A program made the translations under genes and the position numbers. From assembly GCF_036321535.1 (NCBI RefSeq), contig NC_087437.1, positions 109,742,001-109,806,000 of the forward strand: 64,000 nucleotides of DNA, read 5' to 3'. The stretch comes from Camelus dromedarius (lineage: Eukaryota). This document shows, in pieces, positions 1 to 12,559 of this stretch (its first letter is position 1; each line of letters opens with the position of its first letter). Under the pieces are notes generated by a model that was given only the letters and a program-made list of their open reading frames with translations, was not told the DNA's origin and did no database searches.

Positions 1-290
1 CTCTCTCCTTAGTCAACTGGAATGAATGCAGGAGGACGTGTGAGGGGATGTGGTCACATATAGTGACTAAGTGAACTCTTTCCCATAGAAGGGCCCTTTC
101 CTTTGGACAGAGTTCAGGAGGATCCCTTACCCTTTCCTTGGAATGAACTCCCTTTTCTGAGGGCCACGCTGCTGCTTATACCCTGGCAGAGCTGCATGGC
201 TCACCCCCTAGACATGCCTGAACATGCCTGCTTGCTGGAAAAAATAGAGTTCACTAATTACCAATGCAACTATTGCTTCTGCTGTCTCTG
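1..290 (-). mobile_element. Possible old LTR fragment (family unresolved)
   Basis: Minus strand reads p53-type site, then GGGTATAAG (TATA-like, 175-180), then GGGAGTTCATTCC, an LTR U3/R-like order. Family not recognised. Confidence 0.3.
210..229. promoter_or_regulatory. p53/p63/p73 response element, perfect consensus
   Basis: AGACATGCCT+GAACATGCCT = two RRRCWWGYYY half-sites, both CATG cores, zero spacer. Confidence 0.65.
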
Positions 291-1529
291 TGTCTATAGC
301 AATGTTGATACACACTTTATATAGCTTTCACATTTAAGCCTAACAACGTACCTATAAGATAGGTATTTTTTTAAATGAGCAATGAGCTGAATGAGTCACA
401 GAGGAGTTAAATAGTTTCCCCAGAACTACTCCACCGAAATTTGAACCCAGAGCTATGTCAGTCTTGGGCAAGGCTCGTCTTGGTGTAGATGTGGCTAATA
501 ATTTAGTTACTTAGAGTTGGCGGTTGACACCTCACTATGAAGATGTCTTAACCATATAAGCTAGCCTTATCGGGTCTCTTGTTTCTCAAAAAACAGAGTT
601 TTATTATCATCTTTATAAAAATCTATTTAGCAAAATCACAGGATTGCTTCTGTATATGTCTGTTTTATAAACCAGAAACAAGACATAAAGAGAAAACAAA
701 ACTTTTACCAAACACGGTTGGTTGAAAGGTTGCTGAGGGAACAGACTGGCCTGATGGCACTGGGGAGAAAGGCAAGGTTGGACACCTCAAGTCTAATTGA
801 CTAATAGTTCACGTTGGGAGCATCAACAAAGGTGGAGGAAGTGAAATACAGATCTGAGGGAGAAGGAATTAGAGAGGGCTTGGCATTTTGGAGAAGGATT
901 TAAGTATTAGATGAGTCACTGAGTAAAACCCATGAAGGGAGAGGCTAATTAAAGAGAAGGGAAATGAATCAGTTCCATATTGCAGAGACAAGGATTAGAA
1001 GATAATGGTGGAAAGATCAGAAGGAGGAATTATAGATTAAATTCAGGTGAGCTTTTGATAAGGCCTTGAATTTAATTTTCTGAAATTCTAGAGTTCACTT
1101 ATATTTATAAGAATGCCAAATTAATCAAACAAATTATTCTGCTATAGTTAGTCCCTTGCATTTACTTGGCATATATTTTGAGGGCATTTATTGAAATAGA
1201 TAATGGACCAAACAAACAAAAAAAAATCAAAGATTTTTACCTTAGATTGCTTAAAGTCAAGAGAAAGAAAGAATTCATGTATAAGTAGATACTCTTACCA
1301 TATAACTCTGGAGCAAGAAAGAATGTATTTGTCATTGATCATAAAAGTTTTATCCAGAAAAAAATAAACTATAAAATATATTCTGAGGGGGTACTGACTT
1401 AAGAGTAACAAAATTTTCTAGAAAGTGAGGGTAAGTAGCAACTCAGTCTGGCTGGACTAATTAATCCAGGGAGATTTGTAGGTGTAGGTAGAATTTGTTC
1501 TTGATCTTCAAATGAAAATTGCTTGCGGA

Positions 1530-2070
1530 CAATGAATAATACTGTTTAAATATAGACACACACTGGCTAGAAGTGACAGAATAGAAAGATATACCATGAA
1601 AATGCTAATCATAAAAAATCTGAAGTGGCTATATTAATTTCTAGCAAAGTGATCTTAAAGACAAAGTATTACCAGAAACAAAGAGAGTCATTTTATAATG
1701 ATAAAATGGTCATTTCATCAACAAGACATAACAGCCTGTAATATATAGGCACCTAGTAGCAGAGTTTCAGAATAAATGAAGTATAAACTGACTGAAATAA
1801 ATTAAAAATAAATCCACAAGTCAAGTTAGAGATTTTAGCACTCCCCTTTCAGTAACTGATAGCACAAATATACTTCAAAAAAAAAAAAAAAAAAAAAAAG
1901 AAGAAGTATGGATATAGCAGATTTGGGTAATATCATCAATCAACTTGATCTGATTAAATATTTCAATTTTCATGTATATAACAAAATACCCAACAAATGA
2001 AGGATGCACCATCTTTTCAAAGACACAGGAAAACATTCCCCAGGGTAGCGCAAATGCTGGGTCATAAAGC
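1530..2070 (+). mobile_element. Old L1 ORF2 endonuclease-region fragment
   Basis: Degenerate L1 ORF2 5' motifs (gtggctatattaatt, ataatgataaaatggtca, caacaagacataaca, gagattttagcactcccctttcagtaactgatag); interrupted by an A-tract at about 1877-1899. Confidence 0.75.
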
Positions 2071-2347
2071 AGGGTGATGAAGTGCCCTCAGCCACTGTCT
2101 TAACTCAGAGACCTTGTGGATGTCTCAGGCAGCAAGACATCTTCACATTTCCTCTTTTGCCAAGTGGCCCATGTGGATTGATAGAATTAGGAGTGGGCAT
2201 GCAGAGCTCAAGAATTCCACCTTTGCTTCCACACTCTGTTTTTGCTCTTCTCCATCTAATTGGATGTATGTTCTTTGTAAGGTGGTATTTTTTCCACCAT
2301 GATTCCTTTCTTCTCATACGTCTACCTTATTCTTCAAGACCCAATTT

Positions 2348-2480
2348 TCTTCTTTTTTAATTTTTTGGGGGGAGGTAATTAGGTTGGTTGATTTATTTAT
2401 TTTAATGGAGGGACTGGGGATTGAACCCATGACTTTGTGCCCTCTGAGCATGAACTCTACCTCTGAGCCATACCCTCCCC
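2348..2480 (-). mobile_element. tRNA-derived SINE, camelid Vic-type
   Basis: Minus strand GGGGAGGGTATGGCTCAGAGGTAGAG (A box) ... GGGTTCAATCCCC (B box), AT-rich tail ending CCTAATTACCTCCCCCCAAAA; 17-bp TSD tcttcaaga(c/a)ccaattt at 2331-2347 and 2481-2497. Confidence 0.88.
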
Positions 2481-5400
2481 TCTTCAAGAACCAATTTAAA
2501 TTTTACTTAGTTTGCTATCTAATCTCCAATCCACTCTTGTTTCTATCTGTTCTGAACTTTGTAAACACAAACCACATACTCTTATTTAACTCTTTAATGC
2601 ATTCATATTTTATCCCCTCTACTGAATTAAAAGCTCTGTGAGAACAGGTACCACACTTTACGCTTCTTTGGAAATATTGCCTAACTAATTGCTAAATAAT
2701 TGCTTATTAAATGAGTGTAATGAGTGAAGGTTGAATGCTACTTTTATTGTTTCATAGCTTTAACTTTCTTATGCAGACATATTTTAAAGGCATTTCACAT
2801 GTGGTCTACATATTTTACAAAGACATATGTTCTAGAAAAAGATGAATTGCTATTTTGGATGAACATTGTCTTAATGTAAAATATTCGATAGACAAAAGTC
2901 ATGTGAAGAGTTGAAACAAGGGAAAAGGGACTTTGAAATGATGTTTTAAATTTACTTTCAAAATAGGCATCATAATATTTTAACTTATAAAGTCCCTGAT
3001 ATGGGTCCTATTACACAGATCTTAGGACTATGATTCTAGGTGACTTCTAATCATTGCTTATAGGAAAGAACACCTAACTATGGGTTAGGATTTTTGAGTT
3101 TTAATATTGTCAGTTAATAAGAAATTGTGAGAATTGTCATTGCATTGTTCTGAGATTTTATTTCTGCCTTTAAAATGAGTAATTGTACTAAATGTCATGC
3201 CAGGTGCCTTGTAGGTTTAACAATTTTCTGTCTCACATAGTTTACATTAGAGCCTCACACTTGAAGTGCTGTCATGGGCCAACAACAGTCATTTCAGCCC
3301 GGGGGCTTCTTGGAAATACAGAATCTCATCTCAGATCCTAGCCTGGACCAAATATTCACTTTAAACTTAAAAAAAAACAAAACAAAACAAAAAAAACAAA
3401 AAACACTGTTCTAAATTGTATATGTTAAATTGTTCCCTAAACATGAGGCATATTTTCCTTTAAAGCTTAGAGACATAGTCGTGACCACAGCCACCTGTTA
3501 CTTTTCCCCCTCAGAAGGCTCGATGTCAGAGCAAGTCCGTTATTCTTTGTGCTCATCATCATCGGCTTGAATTTTCCTTGTCTGCATTGGGAAGCGTGGC
3601 ATTTCACCCTTCTGAGCTCCCATCTTCACTGGTCTGTTTCATATCTAGGAATTTGGGGGGGTATTTCTCTTGAAAAGGGCAAAAGCAATTCATGCTTTTG
3701 AGATGATAATGTTTTATCTTTTTGTCTCAGCTAAAGCTGTCATCTCTATTTTCTCTGCACATCCTGAGTGAATAATAGACTAAATTGTATCTGCAGGTCT
3801 TTCTGAAATGAATTAAAATTTTTGGTTTAATTAGTTTTCCTTGTTATACTGCTTGACATTAGCTATAATTAATGTGTTAAACTGAATGTTGCATGCAGAG
3901 TTCTTGATAAACACAACCTTGGAATTCATCCTTTTTTCTTTTCCTCTAGGACAGAAGGCTTTGTTAGTTACTTAATGTTGGTGCTTTTCATCATGTGATG
4001 TTAATTCTCTCCCTGTATGACATTTTTCTGTTCTGTCAATTTCTTACAGGAGGTACAATATGACATTTAAATAGTAAAACATTCACTCAAATATTTATTA
4101 ATTTTACTGTTAAAATGGATTTCCTTCAATGAGTTACTTATTTCATTGCTTGATGGAAACCACAAATGGATTGATGAGATGTTTTGACATTGTATTGACA
4201 GAGGCTTTGGAGTTAATTTCTCCTTTACTGTTCTCACAAACTAAACTGAGAAAAGTGTGCTTCAATTTCTGTGTTAAAAAATCTTCATGCTTACCAAGTT
4301 GTTGACATCTTTATTATTCTTCAATTTACACTATGCTCTTCCTATATATTTAAGTGAGTTCATTTTAACACTACTACTAAAATCTTCCTTTTCAACAAGT
4401 CCCTCTTCCATCAGTTCAAGTGCAGATGAATTAGTTACAAGGCCTAAGGTGCTGAGACAGAAAGCTATAGCCATCTGAGTTTAGAAATCAGGAGAATTAG
4501 ATTTAGAAAGTTACTGAACAGCGTGCCTTCTCATGAGAACCCAAGGGCTAAGAAGAACAACGGATCACTGTGCTCGAGTAATCCATGTATGTAGCATATC
4601 TCTGGCTTTGGAATGCCTCTCTCTCTCTCTTTTTTTTTCTCTCTGATACCTAGAAAGTTGTAGTTTCTCCATTCCACCACGTACAGCAGGCCAAAGACTC
4701 ATTTTTATTACCTAGCCCACTGTTGCACAAATGAAATTGACATCACTCACTCTCTATGTGTTACTTCCACTTGGACTTCAGCGATAGGATCCCACTGATG
4801 GGATATGAGAAGGATCCAAGGACAGCCTCTAAATGAGTGATTATCGAGTTCTGTGATCACAGGAAGTAACTACACTGAATGGATCGTGTCCCTGTTTGGT
4901 GAACCAGCTGACTAATAAATATGGTTGTGAGTCTATTCCAATTTCTGAGCAAAGGTGAAAAATTTAGTCTCCAAACTTACTTAATAGGGATTCAGAGATA
5001 GAAATCTCATAATTTGGGTTAGTAGCATCATCTTTCTCCTTTGTTAAAAGTTAAAAAAGCATAACAGATTAACAGTAGAGATCAGTTATTTCAAATCCTG
5101 AAAATGACCTACTGGTAGGAAAAGCTAAGTAGCATTTGGGAATTGATGAGATAATTCTATTAGCAGTTGTCTTCAGATAGACCCATTTGTAGGTATCCTA
5201 TTTTTATTTTAATTTAGATTTGTATTGGCAGCTGGCTACAGATTATTCCATCAAAGTGTTGTCACATAGTCCAATGTGGCTCTGCTCAGATATAAAACAA
5301 TCATTATTAATATCAAATAGTGTCCTATATAACTTACAGAAACATTCATCTTATGCTTTCAATGCTGTATTTGTGGTATATAAACATGTCCTAGGATAGT

Positions 5401-6825
5401 ATGGGGGGGATACTGTTTTTCTGACATTAAATTATATGCAAATTTTAAAAATATCCTGATGAAGTACTAAGCTATCTTTAAAAGTAAAGAAAGGGTTTAA
5501 AGGAGGACAGAAAAGTATAGAAAACACTTTATTTTCTACATTTTTACCATATGGGCACTTTAATGAGATAGCTCATGATTAAACTTTAACTTTAAAATAT
5601 AAAATTTTGTTCTTATTTTTCTTGGAAGTTAGATTAAAAGATTTACAACTGAACAGAAAATATATCACACAACATAACATGTAAATACTCTCTAGAGTGT
5701 TTTCTGCTATCAAAATGGGTAAAATTAATGTTGACGTTAATGACTCACCTCAACTCCACCTCCTCAAGTGCCACACGACTCCTCCATTTCTATAACTTCC
5801 ACTCAGTTCCATTTTATTGCTCTTTGTGCAGTCTGTCCTTGGGTATCACCACAGCTTGAACTGCTTTCATTGCATATCTTGTACCACGAAATCCTTCACA
5901 ACGATGATATTTTGTCCTCAACTCATTCCCTTTCTTCTGTTGAACCAGATCTCCATTTTCACTATAGTTTTTAATTCCCTTATAAATATATTTTCTTCTC
6001 ACCTTGTAAGTCCTACCTGGCTTTACTTCTTCATATCCTGGATTTCAGTCAATTATTTCAACAATAATTTTACTAAGGTCTTAAAATTCCTTGCCTCCTT
6101 AGCCTTCTGCACTACCTTACAAATACATGCACAATCTTGAGTACATTCTTCCTGTACCTACTTTGCCTGTCAAGCATTTCTATGAGAAAAAAAATAATAA
6201 GTCATAATAAGTAACTAACAATATTAATTATCTTAATTTTTAAAAATACAACAGGGTTTTCTCTTTTTCTCAGTAATCTGGTTGAATTTCTGTGATAATG
6301 AACTGAGTTATTGTTTTAAAAAAATAATAGACTTTGTTTTGCTTCAGAAACAAATAATCTCAAAACATCATTGGCTCAAAATAACTAATGCAATAGAGTT
6401 CATGCTAGCTCACGTGGGTGTGGGGTGTGTGTATTTGTTGACCAGAGTTACAATCTCTGGCTTTTAATGGTGCTTTTGTCATAAGATTTCAGGGTTCTTT
6501 ACATCAGGAAAGGTGAGACAGAGGCATGAGTCGGAAGGAGATTTGAAAAATTTAGCAATCCTTAGAAATATCTTCCACAATGTTGTGCCTCTTCTCACTC
6601 TCCCCAAACCCTAGAGCTCATTTTTACTTCTCTCGCTCTCAGCCGACAGACTGTTGTTCCCATTTTATTTGGCAAACGGATGCTAAACAACCCACATCAT
6701 CCAATTTCTTTCCACTCCACATTCCTCTGCATATTTACCCATCTTTTCTTCTCTTTTGGCATCCCCAGCATCACTTCAATTATGAAGAAGTTTAGAACCA
6801 GGGGCATTCATGGCTGATGGAAAGC

Positions 6826-7287
6826 AGAGAGTGACCTCTAGAACAATAGGACCAATCCATGAATCAGAAATGATGAGACCTAATGCAGTGGAATATTATT
6901 ATGCTGTCACTAATAAAACTGTTTAAATATAAAGATATAAAAGCTGTAGTTCATAGTAGGAGCAAATGTCAGGGACATTTCATTAAAGTTATTGGAGGCA
7001 AGGACATGAGAGGAGTGGGGAACTATAATGTTGCCTTCACAACTGCAATGGCCCCAAAATTGTGTTAAAATTTGTTACAGATTCTTGGATTGGTTCTACC
7101 AATACTTACTCCAATCTTTTACAGAGTGTAGAAGAAAGAATACCAAATTAATAGTTCCTTCCTCCACCTGGAGATGGAGTTTGTGATTTGATTTTGATTA
7201 TATCTTTCACATGCACTTCCACAAAATCTAAATTAGGGATAGAATCTGATTCATGGATTGGTCCTATTGTTCTAGAGATCACTCTCT
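6826..7287. repeat. 43-bp inverted repeat pair (6826-6868 and 7245-7287), 42/43 identical, 376-bp spacer
   Basis: agagagtgacctctagaacaataggaccaatccatgaatcaga versus tctgattcatggattggtcctattgttctagagatcactctct. Confidence 0.95.
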
Positions 7288-7609
7288 AGTCATGGCAGCG
7301 ATGGCATATTTAGCAGCTCTTTTGATTCATCAGCTGACTCTAGAAGGAGCAATAGCCCTATGAGACACGGCACACATAGCCTGGCTTACTGTCAGAAGTA
7401 GGAGCTCCCTGATTGTCAGCTTCTTGCAGGGGAGAGGGCAGAAACTGAATGCTTGGTGGTTGGGATGTTCTTTCTAGGAACTCATCTTCCAATGCCTTCT
7501 TTAGCCCTTCCAACAACTCTGTAAATTCCTCAATCTTGATATCAAATATGTGTCTGTTTAAACCATCAAGAATAGATTTTATTGTTAAGAATTCAATACT
7601 GACTGATGT
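7074..7609 (+). mobile_element. ERVL-class 5' LTR (LTR33/LTR40-like)
   Basis: Starts tgttacagatt, ends tgactgatgta directly before gaaattggt and the ERVL internal sequence. Confidence 0.6.
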
Positions 7610-9675
7610 AGAAATTGGTTAAATGCAATAGACCTTCAAGAAAATGGGGTTTGAGGATATCTATGTCAGCTATTCGGACCTTCAGGTAATGAGAAGCCAC
7701 TTACCATTAGAAGGTGGAACTGGTGTGAGATGCCAAATAAAGGAAGGCGCTGGTGGACAAAATCACTATTAGAACAGACCATTACTGAGGTCAAAGGGAA
7801 AAGAAGGACTGTAGACTAAGACAGAGAATTTAAAATGGAAATTGACAAGGTCAATTGTTTAAAGTCTTAACGCAAGGTAGTATCAGAGAACCTAACATTT
7901 TCTAAGACTGACTTAATATCTTAATCTCTTTGGTCTCAAGGCTGGAGTGGCAAACAGTTAACTTCAGAATCTGATCTTGTTTATGACTCAATTATAATGC
8001 AAACTGAAGTTTTTATGTTAGGTGATTTATTAGGGAAAAGGTAGACCTTGAGAACTAGAACAGTGATTTGGGAATATTTAGATGACTGATTAATTCCTAG
8101 GTGACCTCCAACCCTATCAGGTCTACCAGCAGAAGCAGACCTTCTTTCTGGTCCTTTGTAAAGAGGCTGATCCCTCATTCCTCGAAGGCCTAGTCCCAAA
8201 TCCCTCTGGAATAGTGTCTTGCAAGGGGATGCAAAATATTTCTTATTTCTTATTTCCATGCTTTATCCCTATCTGATATCATTGCTCTCATATCTTAAAC
8301 AAGGTCAGCATGCCCTGGGAGAAATAAAAATTTAACTCTAGAGAGAAAAATTCTTAGCACCAATATCTTGCAAGTTTTTTTATTTGTTTGCTTGTTTTTT
8401 AGTTTATTTCAGAAAAAAAATTGATGGATATAGGTAAGACTGGATTACTAGAAATAAATAAAATGTTTGTATTGGCTGAATTTATTAAAATGGTCACATT
8501 TACCCAAAGCTGTGGATGCAAGGTACTGGCTTTGTCACTTGAGAGGGGTTCTTATTGCTTATTGATTTTCTTGCCTGAAACCTGGATTCCATGCTGTCTT
8601 TGGGTAATATTACAGTAAATTTCTCACAAATAAATCTCCTAGCTATATCCTTTTAGGAAGTTAAGAGGGTATTCCCTTCACCACTAAATTAGAAGTTACA
8701 AAGATGAAGAGAATCTCGGACATCCTTGAAAAAGTATGTAGTGATTGTGCTTTTTTAGGACAGAGGTTAAGGAGGGAAACTGGCTAATGAAGTCCTAGGG
8801 TGTCATGGGCCAAGTAGTGTCATTTAATCCTATTTCTACTGCAAAAAACAACAAAGCTAGAGTAAGAACCAGAATGGTTTGACCTGAAAGGATATTTGGA
8901 GGTAGTTAATTGATCATAGGATCTCTGGTACTGAAGTAGAAGCCAGTCCACTAAGAGTGTAATTGTATGATGGGGGAAAAAAATCTAGTATTGAATATAG
9001 TGGACTGATTCAATATGACTGAATTATGGCCTCTTATTTAATCTCGCTTGAGTTAATTCCGAAACCTAGATCCCCTTGAATTATGAAAGACTAAGTGCCA
9101 TGTGGCAGGGCTCTGTGATAATGCAGTAAGTGTGTATTGAAAATCTTCCCCTCTTCCCAAAAGAAATCTGTGGTCATTTACCAAGGTAAAATGTTCACTG
9201 AGGAAAGAAAATTATACAAGCCATTTGAGAATTATTAAACAGCGTCTATGAGCTAGAACAAAACTATGGGGACTCAGAATGCCAGGCAGAGTGAGAACTT
9301 ACACAATTCAGGTGATAAATGTAATTTTTTTTTCCTAAATCCATTTCACAGTGGGCCCAAGGGAAAGCAAGAGAATCTAAAACTCATGTTCTCCTAATTT
9401 TGTAAGGTTTTGAGATTATACTAGGAATAGACATATATGAAACTGACATGACTCCTACATTAATTCTTTGACATAGGAAGTAAGAATAGTATGATAGAAG
9501 AGATCAATTAATAACTTTGAATTTTCTCTCTGTCAAAATAGTTAAGTAAAAGCAGTGCATTGCTGAAGGCAGAGCAAAGATTACCACCATATTAAAAGAC
9601 ACAAAAGGTAGATAGAGTTGGTGATATTGATCAGACCTTCATTATCTCACCTATTTGTTTTTTTGTAAAAGTCTG
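7610..9675 (+). mobile_element. Decayed ERVL internal region (gag, protease, start of RT)
   Basis: ERVL gag-like sequence at about 7850-8090 (tcagagaacc...atctctt...cagaatctgatctt...ttatgttagg...gaccttgagaactagaa); protease-like sequence at about 9170-9490; no open frame. Confidence 0.7.
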
Positions 9676-11745
9676 ATTGCTATTTATTGATCATATTCCT
9701 TATGCTGTATATTATATCCCTGTGGTTTATTGATTTTATAACTAGAGGGCTGTACCTAATCCCTTTGACTAATTTTATCCACTCCCCATCCCCCACCCCT
9801 CTAGTAGCCATTTGTTTGTTCTAGCTATGGGTCTGTTTTCATTTTGTTTTATTTATTTTCTTTTTTAGATTCCACAGGTAAGCAGAATCTCACATAGTAT
9901 TTGTCTTTCTCTTTCTGACATTTCACTTAGTGTAATATTCTCTAGGTCCATCCATATTGCAGCAAATGGCAATATTTTGTTCTTTGTGACTGAGTAATAT
10001 TCCATTGTATGTATATATACCACATATTTATCCATTCATCTATCAATGGACACTTACGCTGCTTCCATATCTTGGCTATTGTAAATAATGTTGCAATGAA
10101 GATGGAGGTGCACGTATATTTTTCTAATTAGTATTTTTGTTTTCTTTATATAAATATTCAGAAGTGAAATTGCTGGATTGTATGATAGTTCTATTTTTAA
10201 TTTTCTGAGGAATTTCCATACTGTTTTCCATACAGTTGTACCAGTTTACAATCAAACCAACAGCGCACAAGAGTTCTCTTCTTTCCACATCTATATCAAT
10301 ATTTATTTGTTGTCTTTTGATGATAGCCATGTGAAGTTGTATCTCATGGTTTCATTTTGCATTTCCCTAGTGATTAGTGATGTTGAACATTTTTTCATGT
10401 GTCTGTTGGCCATCTCTACACCTTCCTTAGAAAAATGTCTATTCAGGTTTTCTGCCTATTGTTTATTGGGTTGTTTGTTTTCATGTTGAGTTGTAAGAGT
10501 TATTTGAATACTTTAAATATTAACCCCTTAATGGATATATTATTTGAAATATCTTCTCCCATTCAGTAGGCTGCCTTTTTTGTTGTTAATAGTTTCCTTC
10601 GCTGTGCAAGATGTTTTGTTTGATGTAGTCCCATTTGTTTATTTTTGCTTTTGTTTCCCTTGTCTGAGGAGATAGATCCAAAAAAATATTGTTAAGACTG
10701 GTGTCAAAGAACATCCTGCTTTTTTTCTTCTGTGAGTTTTATAGTTTTAGTTCTACCATTTAAGTCTTTAATCCATTTTGAGTTTATTTTTGTATATAGT
10801 GTGAGAAAGAAATCCAGTTTGATTCTTTTGCATACAGCCATCCACTTTTCCCAACATCATTTATCTAAGAATCTCTTTTCCCCATTGTATACTCTTGACT
10901 CCTTTGTCATAAATTAATTAACTATATAAGTGTGAGTTCATTTCTGAGCTCTCTGCCATGTTGGTAGGTGGATCTGGCCCTCAGTCTGGTTGGTTGCAAG
11001 ACCCTGCCTTGTGCAGTAGCTATGGGCCTGCTGGAGGGTAGGGAAAGCTTCTTGATGGCTGGCTGCATGGCCCAGGGGTCTCAGGGCTGCTGCTGACCTG
11101 CTTGTGAGTGGGTAAGCACCTGGTGCTAATAGGCTAGAAGGAGGATTTCAGAATGGCACTTCAGTGCCAGTACCATCACAGGAGAATGAGCTCCCCAGAA
11201 TGGCTGCTGTCAGCATCTTCATCCCCAGGGAAAGTCCCCGTTGCCTCCAGCCTCTCCAGTGGCTCTCCAAGATCAGCCATTGGGTCTGATTCAGGCTCTT
11301 TTTAATTTACTGCAACAGTCCTAGGACTCCCTGCTTGTGAGATTTTGTCTGCACCCTTAAAGAGTGGGGTCTCTGTTTCCTATAACCTCCTGGCTCTCCT
11401 AAATGGAAACCCCACTGGTTTTCATAGCCAGACTTTTTGGCGCTTGTCTTCTCAGGGCAGGAACCCCATGCTACGGAGTCCAGTGTGGGGTTTGGACCCC
11501 TCAATCCTTGGGAAGGACCTCTGCAATAGTGATTTACCATTTGTTTGCAGGTGGCTAACTAGGGGTGTGCGTCTTGAATACACCTCATCTCCACCCCTCC
11601 TACTTTACTTGTGGAAAATCTTTTCTGCTAGTCTTCAGGTCGTTCTTATAGATGGTTGCTCTGTAAGTTCTTGTAATTTTGGTGTGTCCATGGAAGCAGG
11701 TGAGTTCAGGGTCTCTCTATGCTGCCATCTTGGCCACTTGTCTCC
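9676..11745 (-). mobile_element. L1 with large internal deletion (5' UTR fused to ORF2 3' part and 3' UTR), inserted in ERVL pol
   Basis: 9676-10954 is antisense L1 3' UTR/ORF2 end (ORF track 10124-10330 gives an ORF2 C-terminal-like peptide); 10955-11745 is antisense L1 5' end (minus strand caagatggcagcatagagagaccctgaactcacc...gacacaccaaaattacaag). Confidence 0.8.
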
Positions 11746-11749
11746 GGTA

Positions 11750-12510
11750 AATCTTAAGAGATGAAAATACATTTTTATAAGCTTAAACAGGGATGATTCC
11801 TTTGGAGCTGCTGTTTTTAAACTGGTCCTTTTTTCTGGAGCAATTTGACATAAACTCTAGCTTCTGGTTAGTTTAGTTTCTCTATTCCAGTATGTCGGGG
11901 AATAACTGAAGTTAGTTGCTTTCATTTGGAAGGGAGAGTAAAACATCGTCAGGACCTACTTCTGAAGTGCATCAAACACCTGGCTCTACCCAAATGACTC
12001 CTTTGGAAATTTATATTTTTTTTCACAGGTACCACACCAGTCCAATACACTGATAACATCAGCCAATTTGATCTGATGAGTGGGTAAATCTTGCTGTATC
12101 ACATGGCCTTTCAGATGCTATGTAGGGTTTATAGACAGCTTTGAGAGGAGACTAAGAGTGAAAAATCTTAGAATTAGATGCAAAGCCATTCCCTTGTAAA
12201 GAGGCAATTTTTCTCTTTTTGAGATAGCTCTTGGATTGCTAATGGGCCACAGCAGGGACCACACACGTGGGTTCAGTGGGACCTGAGATGCCCAGTATCA
12301 ACTGGTTTGATCCACCAATTTGTGAAATCAGATGTTCTAGCAGAATCCCACCATCAAGCGAAAATGCCGACACTGAAGGAGGTTCCAGCGATTCTGAGAA
12401 CACAAGCCATTTACACCACCAGAAAACTTCTCTGTCTGGTGCATCTGCTTCTGCAGCACCAGCATTATTCCCTCAGCCTGTATTATGACCTCATAGAGAA
12501 TTTCCTATGG
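11750..12510 (+). mobile_element. ERVL pol (RT) remnant continuing after the L1
   Basis: atcttaagagatgaaaatacatttttataagcttaaacaggg resumes the RT segment broken at about 9675 (SWRMTVDYRKLNQ-like); later ttttgagatagctcttggattgctaatgggcc is ERVL pol-like. Confidence 0.65.
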
Positions 12511-12559
12511 CCAATTGATCAAAGAAGAAAAAAATAAACTTTTGATTACAAATATTTTA

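Noticed and set aside
2384..2480. tRNA-like sequence, also at 57355-57433
   Set aside because: SINE heads with AT-rich tails and TSDs, not tRNA genes.
10124..11764. ORFs of 68-139 aa
   Set aside because: Frames within decayed L1 sequence, not host genes.
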